From positions 448,001 through 512,000 of the forward strand of contig CAXXWS020000003.1 of assembly GCA_963665325.3 (NCBI GenBank): a DNA stretch of 64,000 nt, in the 5' to 3' direction. This DNA comes from Alphaproteobacteria bacterium. Lineage in GTDB: Bacteria > Pseudomonadota > Alphaproteobacteria > Bin95. Below the pieces are notes generated by a model. That model made no database searches, was not told the origin of the DNA, and was given only the letters and a program-made list of their open reading frames with translations. Shown piece after piece: positions 38,599-46,301 of this stretch (positions are counted from its first letter, which is position 1; every line of letters starts with the position of its first letter). The position numbers and the translations under genes are program-made.

Positions 38599-40020
38599 AT
38601 GAAGCACGCAAAACAAGCAGCCGGGTTTTGCCCAACGCGGAAGTTATCTGCGGGTTCGCCTGCCGTCCTGTCCCGGATCGCGGCTACCCTTGCCGTCCTT
38701 CTGGGGCTTGTATTCCTGCTCTACCCCGATGCCGCGGAGGCGGCGGCCGAGGTGGAGACGAAGTTCGTCCTCGACAGTTTCGCCTTCCTCGTCTGGGGCG
38801 CGCTGGTCATGTGGATGTGCGCCGGCTTCACCATGCTCGAATCGGGCTCCGTGCGCACCAAGAACGCCTCGGTCATCTGCCTGAAGAATATCGGCCTCTA
38901 TTCGATCGCCGGGCTCACCTTCTATTTCCTCGGCTACAACCTCATGTATGTCGGCGTCGAGGAGGGCGGCTGGATCGGGACCTTCTCGTTCCTCTACGGC
39001 ACGTCCGCCGACGAGATCGCCCTGCTGGGCGGCGATGCATCGAAGGCGGAGGCCGTTATCGGGAACGGCTATGCCGTCATGTCGGACTGGTTCTTCCAGA
39101 TGGTCTTTGTGGCGACGACGGCCTCCATCGTCTCCGGCGCGCTGGCGGAGCGGGTCCAGCTGTTCTCGTTCTTCGTCTTCATCGCGATCCTGACTGCAAT
39201 TATCTATCCAATCGTCGGCGCCTGGACCTGGGGCGGCGGCTGGCTCGCCCAGATGGGCTTCCAGGATTTCGCCGGCTCCACCATCGTCCACTCGACCGGC
39301 GGCTGGGCGGCGCTGGCGGGCGCCGTGATCGTCGGACCCCGGAGACATAAATTTCGCGCGGACGGCAGCGCGAGGGCCACGCCGCCGTCGAACGTGCCGG
39401 TCGTCACCCTCGGCGTCTTCATCCTCTGGCTCGGCTGGTTCGGCTTCAACGGCGGCTCGCAGCTGGCCCTCGGCAGCGCCGTGGATGTCGTGGCGCTCGC
39501 CAACATCCTCGCCAACACCAATCTCGCCGCCGCCGCCGGGGTGCTGGCCGCGCTCGCGCTCGCGAGGCCGCTGTTCGGGCGCATCGACCTGCTGGCGGGC
39601 CTGAACGGCGCCATTGGCGGCCTGGTCGCGATCACCGCCGGGCCGGACATCATCGAGCATTACTGGGCGGTCGTGATCGGCCTGATCGGCGGCGCGGTCA
39701 CGGTGGCCGGCCTGAAGCTGCTGGAGGTCCTGCGGATCGACGATGTCGTGGGCGCGATCCCGGCGCATCTCTTCGCCGGCGTCTGGGGCACGATGGCGGT
39801 GTGCATCGCCGCGGGCGGAGACGTGCTGGTCCAGTTGACCGGCGTGCTCGCCGTCGGCGCGTTCGTGTTCGGCGCCTCGCTGCTCATCTGGCTCGGCCTC
39901 AAACACACGATCGGCGCGCGCGTGTCCGACACCGTGGAGCAACTCGGTCAGGACACGGCCGAACTCGGCATCGAGGCCTATCCGGAGTTCGTGCTGATGC
40001 CGGAGGTGGACGACGACTAG
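38599..40020 (+). CDS. amtB: Ammonium transporter
   Basis: FQMVF, SGALAER, DFAGSTIVH, WLGWFGFNGGS and DDVVGAIPAH (twin His); RBS GGAGG. Confidence 0.93.
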   Translation: MKHAKQAAGFCPTRKLSAGSPAVLSRIAATLAVLLGLVFLLYPDAAEAAAEVETKFVLDSFAFLVWGALVMWMCAGFTMLESGSVRTKNASVICLKNIGLYSIAGLTFYFLGYNLMYVGVEEGGWIGTFSFLYGTSADEIALLGGDASKAEAVIGNGYAVMSDWFFQMVFVATTASIVSGALAERVQLFSFFVFIAILTAIIYPIVGAWTWGGGWLAQMGFQDFAGSTIVHSTGGWAALAGAVIVGPRRHKFRADGSARATPPSNVPVVTLGVFILWLGWFGFNGGSQLALGSAVDVVALANILANTNLAAAAGVLAALALARPLFGRIDLLAGLNGAIGGLVAITAGPDIIEHYWAVVIGLIGGAVTVAGLKLLEVLRIDDVVGAIPAHLFAGVWGTMAVCIAAGGDVLVQLTGVLAVGAFVFGASLLIWLGLKHTIGARVSDTVEQLGQDTAELGIEAYPEFVLMPEVDDD

Positions 40021-40865
40021 GGTCGGGACTCAATTGGCCCACCAGGCGAGAGTTGCGGCGATGAAGACGGCCGACAAGAATGTATCGGCGCGTTTGTCGT
40101 AGCGGGTTGCGATACGGCGAAAGTCTTTGAGGCGACAGAACATACGCTCGATGCGGTTACGGAGCTTGTAGGCTGTGGCGTCGAAGGAGTGCGGGTTCTT
40201 CCGCGTGGACTGGGGCGGTATCACCGGTTCGCAGCCGCGGTCGGTGAGCCAGTTACGGAACTTGCGGGCATCGTAGGCCCTGTCGGCGATCAATCGCTTT
40301 GGTGCGGGGACCTGCTTCAGGAGAGCCCCGACCCCGGCAAGATCGTGGGCCTGGCCGGGCGCAAGGGTGAATGCCACGGGCCGGCCGGCCTCATCGGTCA
40401 GGGCGTGAATCTTGGTCGTCCGTCCGCCGCGAGATCGTCCGATCGCGTGTTCATATTCCCCCCTTTTGCGCCGGCAGCCGAACGGTGAGCCTTTACGTGG
40501 GTGGAATCGACAGCGGTCGTGCTGATCACGCCACTTGAGCCCGACAGGGCGTAGAACACATCCTCCCACACACCCTGTTTGCTCCACCGGTTGAACCGAT
40601 TGTAGATCGTCGTATAGGGGCCATACTCCGCCGGACAATCCCGCCAGCGCGCTCCGGTCTTCAACATGTGGACAATCCCAGAGATCACCCGGCGGTCATC
40701 AACCCGGTGTGCGCCGCGACGACCATGAGGAAGCCAAGGTTCGATCCGTGTCCATTCCTCCTCGCTCAACCAAAACAGCGTCCGCGCCATTCAAACCTCC
40801 ATATCGTTTGGAAACTTGAATCACATTCCAGACTCTGTCGGAATCCCCTAATCGAGTACAGACCC
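40020..40865 (-). mobile_element. IS5-family (IS427-group-like) insertion sequence, 846 bp
   Basis: Imperfect terminal inverted repeats GGGTCGGGACTCAAT / ATCGAGTACAGACCC; TA duplication at 40018-19 and 40866-67. Confidence 0.92.
40030..40790 (-). CDS. IS5 transposase (orfA 40398-40790 joined to orfB by a -1 frameshift)
   Basis: GARWRDCP, VDST, IGRSRGGRTTKIH, ADRAYD, RNRIERMF and RIATRYDK motifs; slippery AAAAGGGGGG at 40458-40467. Confidence 0.9.
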
Positions 40866-40894
40866 TAAGCGGACGTCCGAACGCCGTCCCCGCG

Positions 40895-41743
40895 TCAGGC
40901 CATTCCGGCTTCGACGCGGGGGTCGGCGTCGGCGCGGTCTTCGGCGGCGTCTGCGAGCGCCGGGTCCGGGTCGCGCGGAAGCTGGATCATGACACGCAGG
41001 ATCTGGTCGCCGCGCGCGCCTCCCGCAGGGTCGGGCACACCCTTGCCCTTCAGCCTGAGCCGCGCGCCGGAACTCGTCATCGGCGCGATCCGCACCGTCA
41101 CCGGGCCATCGAGCGTCGGCGCGCGCACCTTGCCGCCCCGGACGGCCTCGGCAAGCGAGACGGGCAGATCGACCAGGATCGTGCGTCCCTCGCGGCGGAA
41201 CCAGCCATGCGGCTCGACTGCGATCTCGACCTCCGCATCGCCCGGCGGGCCACCGGAAGCGCCGGGCTCGCCCCGACCGGCGAGGCGCAGCCGTGCGCCG
41301 TCTTCGGTTGCCGGCGGCACGCTGAGTGCGATGCTCCGCCCCGATTTCAGTGAGAGTCGCACCGTGCCGCCCTTCACGGCGTCGAGGAAGGGCACCGAAA
41401 CCCGGTAGCGTGTATCGGCGCCGCGCCGCGGACGGTTGCGAAAACCGGAGAAGATGTCGCCGAACAGATCACCCGGATCGAACCCGGCATTTCTGCCGAA
41501 GCCGCCAAAAGGCGCCCGCTCGCGGCCCTCGGCGTCGATCTCACCGCGATCGAAGCGGGCGCGCTTGTCCGGGTCGCCCAGCAGGTCCCACGCGGCGGCG
41601 GCCTCCTTGAACCGCGCCTCGGCCCTCGCATCCCCCGGATTACGGTCCGGATGGTTCTCCTTGACGATGCGCCGGTATGCCCGCTTCAGCCTCTCGGCGT
41701 CGGCATCGCGCGGGCAATCGAGAGCCGCATAGGGATCGCGCAT
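40895..41743 (-). CDS. DnaJ-class co-chaperone (CbpA-like, no zinc finger)
   Basis: J-domain with HPD motif, G/F region and DnaJ C-terminal domain. Confidence 0.9.
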   Translation of the reverse strand: MRDPYAALDCPRDADAERLKRAYRRIVKENHPDRNPGDARAEARFKEAAAAWDLLGDPDKRARFDRGEIDAEGRERAPFGGFGRNAGFDPGDLFGDIFSGFRNRPRRGADTRYRVSVPFLDAVKGGTVRLSLKSGRSIALSVPPATEDGARLRLAGRGEPGASGGPPGDAEVEIAVEPHGWFRREGRTILVDLPVSLAEAVRGGKVRAPTLDGPVTVRIAPMTSSGARLRLKGKGVPDPAGGARGDQILRVMIQLPRDPDPALADAAEDRADADPRVEAGMA

Positions 41744-42219
41744 CAGGCCGCGGGCTGGACGATCTTCCAGCTACCGTCCGGCTGGCGGCAGGCCGTGCCA
41801 TAGGCAGTCTGCTCCTCGCCGCCGACGATGATGCCCGTCTGGAATTCGCGGCAATACTGGCCCGAATCCTCCTGCCAGGTGCGCGTCGGCACGACCCAGC
41901 CGGAATTGCCGCTGTCGGGGTTCTCCCACTCCGTCCGGCTGCCGACGCGCCCGCGTTCCAGCGCGCCCTGCGTCGTCTGCTCGGCGGTGATACGGTCGGC
42001 TTCGTCCAGGTCCCTGCCCAGCCTGCTGCCGAGCATGGCCCCGAGCAGCGTGCCGGCGGCGATGGCCACCTTGCGTCCGCGGCCCTTGCCGACCTCGTTG
42101 CCGAGGACCGCGCCGCCGACGCCGCCGATAATGGTGCCGAGAGTCTGCTTTGGGCCCTGGTCGGGGCTGCAGGCGGCCAGCAGGAAGACGGCTGCCGCAA
42201 CGGCGATAACTTGTTTCAT
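41743..42219 (-). CDS. 17-kDa surface-antigen-like glycine-zipper lipoprotein
   Basis: Lipobox LAAC; glycine zipper; WENPDSG, YCREFQ and YGTACRQPDGSW motifs. Confidence 0.9.
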   Translation of the reverse strand: MKQVIAVAAAVFLLAACSPDQGPKQTLGTIIGGVGGAVLGNEVGKGRGRKVAIAAGTLLGAMLGSRLGRDLDEADRITAEQTTQGALERGRVGSRTEWENPDSGNSGWVVPTRTWQEDSGQYCREFQTGIIVGGEEQTAYGTACRQPDGSWKIVQPAA

Positions 42220-42331
42220 CGATAGACCGCCCCTTGTTCCGACCGGAACCGCGCGCTTGCCTCGGCGGCAGCCCGGCCTATTGTGGATATCCACTCATCA
42301 ATAAGGTGCGCCGGGGGCGTTTCGTCAAGAG

Positions 42332-42934
42332 ATGCATGGAGCGGCTGAGGACGAAATCGGCGGGAATCCGGTGCTCGCCGTCCGGCGCTGGATCGAGGAA
42401 GCCGAGGCCTGCGAGCCGGTGGACGCCAACGCCGCGGCGCTTGCCACTGTGGGCGCGGACGGCATGCCGTCCTGCCGCATCGTGCTGGTGAAGGCGGTCG
42501 AGCCGGAAGGGCTCGTCTTCTACACCAACTATGAGAGCCGGAAGGGCCGCGAACTCGCGGCCCGGCCGCTCGCGGCGCTGACCTTCCACTGGCGCGTGCT
42601 GGACCGGCAATTGCGGGTCGAAGGGCAGGTCTCCCGGGTGGAAGACGCCGTCTCCGACGCCTATTTCGCGAGCCGGGAGCGCGGCAGCCGGATCGGCGCC
42701 TGGGCGTCGCGCCAATCGGAGCCGGTGGCCGACCGCGCGGCGCTCGAGGCCCGCATTGCCGAAATCGAGGCGCGGTTCGGCGAGGCCGACATTCCGAGGC
42801 CGGTATTCTGGGGCGGCTTCCGGCTCCGGCCGTCCCGCATCGAGTTCTGGCGGCGGGGAGAGCACCGCCTGCATGACCGAATCGTCTGCCGCGCCGAAGG
42901 GGGGGCGTGGACGAGAGAGAGGCTCCAGCCGTGA
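42332..42934 (+). CDS. pdxH: Pyridoxamine 5'-phosphate oxidase
   Basis: RIVLVK, FYTNYESRKG, GAWASRQS and EFW...RLHDR motifs. Confidence 0.94.
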   Translation: MHGAAEDEIGGNPVLAVRRWIEEAEACEPVDANAAALATVGADGMPSCRIVLVKAVEPEGLVFYTNYESRKGRELAARPLAALTFHWRVLDRQLRVEGQVSRVEDAVSDAYFASRERGSRIGAWASRQSEPVADRAALEARIAEIEARFGEADIPRPVFWGGFRLRPSRIEFWRRGEHRLHDRIVCRAEGGAWTRERLQP

Positions 42935-43064
42935 TTACCCAACGCGCGCTGGACCGTTGCCGCCGTTGCTCTCCCGCCCGACAGGCGGGGTCCCAATATT
43001 GATCTCATAGACTTTTTGTTCATTATCTGGACAGGACTAGGCGTTTGTGTTCTATTCATGCGCC

Positions 43065-43391
43065 ATGACCGCCGTTGATCCACCAGAAAGCCCCCCGTCA
43101 TCCGCGGCGGAACTCCTGCCCCAGCCGCTGCTTTCCAAACTCGGTCCGCTAAAGCACCAACTGCTCGTGTACGCCCTGATCGCCGGCATTATCCTGCTGA
43201 TCTTTGGGCGATATTCCCCCACCCCGTTTCGCTACGTCCTGGGCGCCAGCGGTATCGCAATGCTCTTCTGCGGTCCCGGTTTCTGGCTCTTCGCCTACCT
43301 GAAACTGCCCAACAGCGCCCAGGAACGGGCCTTCTTGAACACCACCGCCACCATGGTCACCCACGACAGGCTGGAGCGCGAGCAACCATGA
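43065..43391 (+). CDS. Small two-TM hypothetical protein
   Basis: Two hydrophobic segments; ATGA overlap with the next gene. Confidence 0.6.
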   Translation: MTAVDPPESPPSSAAELLPQPLLSKLGPLKHQLLVYALIAGIILLIFGRYSPTPFRYVLGASGIAMLFCGPGFWLFAYLKLPNSAQERAFLNTTATMVTHDRLEREQP

Positions 43392-45181
43392 CCCCTTCGC
43401 CTTCCACCGCTCCTACCGTACTTGCTTTCTTGAGCGGCAAAGGCGGTGTTGGCAAGACCATGCTGGCCGCCGCCACAGCCTACGAGCTTTCCCGCTTGCA
43501 GCCTACCTTGATTCTTGACCTCGACTTCTTCAACCGTGGCCTCTCCGGTTTACTCCTCGAAAACGATTCTGGCGCCATTGTCTCCCAACCGCCATTCATT
43601 CCCGGGGCGTCCAATTCCGATTGGACCGTCTCCGAAGTGTCCAACAACCTCTACACAATCTCCTTCCCCGATATACCCGATGCCGTCTTTTCCTGCCTCA
43701 ACTCCGTGCCAGTTCAACAACTTGCTGTGAGCCTTAGGGACTGGATAATCCACTTGACTCACGCTACCGGTTGTCGTGCTATCGTCCTGGATTGCCACGG
43801 CGGCCCGGATTCGCTTTCTTTCGCCGCCGCCACGATTGCAACGAAGTCCCTCCTAGTTTCTGAGCCCGACCGGATAACAATGTATGGGACGCTTCATTTT
43901 CTGAGGAAAATTTCCGAGTTGTCGTTGGATGTTTCCAATGTTCATCTGGTCTTCAACAAGATTATTGATTCGTTTACTTCCAGATTCTTGCTAAACATCT
44001 ATAATCAATATTTGCGGGATAAATTCGGCAATAAGCCCTTGCTTGCTATGTTCCCTTTGGAAAACTACCTTACAAAGCACTTTGAACATCGTCCATTTGT
44101 GACAGAAGATTTTCCAGAGTCAATGCTGACACGAAAGACACAAGTGATGCTGGGTGACCTGCTGATCGAGGAGGCGCCTCAACTGGTTTCCGAACGGCAA
44201 CGGCACATGCCTCGTCCGATCGCATTCTTTTGGCGACGATACTTGGGAAGAACACCCAGAATATTTCAGGTGGACTTCGCGATGGCCTTGGGATTCATCG
44301 CACTCTTGGTATTGATTGGCGCGGGAATAGCGGAAAAATTCATTCCTCTCAGGGTCGATGTGGATTCGGTTTCCTTGCCTTTGATCGTGGGGGTACCGAT
44401 CTGGGCTCTGTTCGCCGGACTTCTGTCTTGGACCAAGCAATTTGACCAGAGAATGACGCTGTATTCCAGAAGAGGAAATAAATTTCTGTTCTTGTGTTGT
44501 TCAAGTGCGGTTTTTCTGATGTGGGCGATACCCATAGAGTTGGCGGCCTATGTGCTCGCTAGCATGGGCCTTGTTGAAGAAGTCCTCCGACCACTGAAGT
44601 ATCTTTGGTATACAATATACGCGGTCGTGCTGTTTGTTTGGGGCGCTCAAGTAGTAAGAGCTGCGCAGGACATAAGATACAGTCGCCGGCAGGCCGAACC
44701 GATGGTGAGAGCAGTGTTGGCGGTGATTATTCTTGCGGGTGCGACAAATGTTGCGACAGACAGGGGGTTCGTCACGAATATTCTACTGACGGACCCGTCC
44801 TATAGCAACTATCTGGATTATTGGTTTGAGGAGTTGACGGAGGAACAGGTCGAGGAAGGCGCCATGGATGCGATGGAGTTGAATGTCGGGGACCGGCCGG
44901 TCTTCGGGGAGGTCGATGGTTCGGTCCAGTGGTATCAAGTGAGGATCGTGCGCGACGGTGAGTATACGATCAACGTCAAGGCGGATTCCGGAGACCCGGC
45001 AGTTGGCCTGTTCGGACCGGACGGGTTTGGCTATATCGCCGAGAACGACGATGGTGGCCAGCATTTCGATGCGCGATTGGAACGGCCGTTGATGGCGGGG
45101 AGATATTATCTCGGGGTCCGGGGGTTTCTCGGGGGCTCGGCGCAGTACTGGATCGGCGTGGCGGAAGGAGGCACGCGATGA
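43388..45181 (+). CDS. ParA/MinD-family ATPase fused to ~5 TM helices and a C-terminal PPC-like beta domain
   Basis: SGKGGVGKT deviant Walker A, LDLD and IVLDC; hydrophobic segments; C-terminal WYQV...DP..GLF...ENDDGG...GRYYLGVR. Confidence 0.75.
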   Translation: MTPSPSTAPTVLAFLSGKGGVGKTMLAAATAYELSRLQPTLILDLDFFNRGLSGLLLENDSGAIVSQPPFIPGASNSDWTVSEVSNNLYTISFPDIPDAVFSCLNSVPVQQLAVSLRDWIIHLTHATGCRAIVLDCHGGPDSLSFAAATIATKSLLVSEPDRITMYGTLHFLRKISELSLDVSNVHLVFNKIIDSFTSRFLLNIYNQYLRDKFGNKPLLAMFPLENYLTKHFEHRPFVTEDFPESMLTRKTQVMLGDLLIEEAPQLVSERQRHMPRPIAFFWRRYLGRTPRIFQVDFAMALGFIALLVLIGAGIAEKFIPLRVDVDSVSLPLIVGVPIWALFAGLLSWTKQFDQRMTLYSRRGNKFLFLCCSSAVFLMWAIPIELAAYVLASMGLVEEVLRPLKYLWYTIYAVVLFVWGAQVVRAAQDIRYSRRQAEPMVRAVLAVIILAGATNVATDRGFVTNILLTDPSYSNYLDYWFEELTEEQVEEGAMDAMELNVGDRPVFGEVDGSVQWYQVRIVRDGEYTINVKADSGDPAVGLFGPDGFGYIAENDDGGQHFDARLERPLMAGRYYLGVRGFLGGSAQYWIGVAEGGTR

Positions 45182-45399
45182 CGGAGCCAGGGGACGCCAT
45201 CCGCGCGGCCACGCTCGCGCGGATAAGTCGGACATACCGGGCCGGAGAGGCGTCGAGGCGGGTCGCCCAATCTTCGACAGGCGGTGTTGGGCGAATTGTC
45301 CCGTTGGACCGTTTCCGCGTATTGTTGTCCGGGCGGTAGGCGCAAACGGGAATTCCGCGGAATCGGCAGCCGCATAGTACGCCGCGCCGGGAACAGGGC

Positions 45400-46257
45400 A
45401 TGGACAAAGGAGCGGCTCCAGCCATGATCGGCCGGTGCGAGTTCGACCACTATCGCGACTTCGGTTTCATCCGTCCGCAACCCCTGCTGGCGGCCGCCGA
45501 GGCCGCCCGTTATCGCGAGGCGTGCGAAGGCTCCTGCGTCGAGGCGGGGCGCAAGCCCTCCAGGCGCCAGCAGGACGCCCGCGTAAAGCCCTACCTGCTG
45601 TTTCCCTGGGCGGCGGAGCTTGTGCGCCATCGGGCGCTGCTGGACATGGTGGAGGCAGTCATCGGCCCTGACATCCTGGTGTTCCATACCACCGTCTGGA
45701 TCAAGGAAGGCGGGAGCGAGACCTTCGTGCCCTGGCACCAGGACGGGACCTATTTCGGCCTCGAGCCGCTGGAGCAGGTCACCGCCTGGATTGCGCTCAC
45801 CGAGTCGACCAGGGAAATGGGATGCCTGCGCTTCCTGCCCGGCTCCCACCGCGAAGGACAGGTGCAGCACCGCGACCGTGAGGACGAGGAGCTCATGCTC
45901 TCGCGCGGCCAGACCGTCCAGCGCAGCGTGGACGAGGCCGACGCCGCCTATCTGGAATTCGCGCCGGGTGAAGTTTCCTTCCACCACACGATGACCATGC
46001 ACAGCTCCGGCCCGAACCGCTCGAGCCGGCGGCGCATCGGCATCGGCATCAGCTATATCCCGGCCCATGTCCGCCATGTGTCGCCCGTGCGGCTCTCCGC
46101 CTCGCTGGTGCGCGGAGAGGACCGCTGGGGCCATTTCGACCTTGAGCCGCGCCCGGAACCGGGCGGTGAGGAAGCCGCCGCCGCCGTCCATACCGACAGC
46201 CTGGACCGCTTCTGGCGCGCCTCGGAGAGCATTCCGGAGATGCGGGGCATCCACTGA
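45400..46257 (+). CDS. Phytanoyl-CoA dioxygenase family protein
   Basis: PWHQD, TAWIAL, GCLRFLPGSH and HSSGPN motifs. Confidence 0.9.
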   Translation: MDKGAAPAMIGRCEFDHYRDFGFIRPQPLLAAAEAARYREACEGSCVEAGRKPSRRQQDARVKPYLLFPWAAELVRHRALLDMVEAVIGPDILVFHTTVWIKEGGSETFVPWHQDGTYFGLEPLEQVTAWIALTESTREMGCLRFLPGSHREGQVQHRDREDEELMLSRGQTVQRSVDEADAAYLEFAPGEVSFHHTMTMHSSGPNRSSRRRIGIGISYIPAHVRHVSPVRLSASLVRGEDRWGHFDLEPRPEPGGEEAAAAVHTDSLDRFWRASESIPEMRGIH

Positions 46258-46301
46258 AGGCGGACGCCGGCCCGGCGTTTCGCGGGGCGGGAGGGCAGAA
46301 G

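Noticed and set aside
42282-42296. oriC / DnaA box (TGTGGATAT)
   Set aside because: A single 8/9 match in a short intergenic gap; no box cluster or AT-rich unwinding element.
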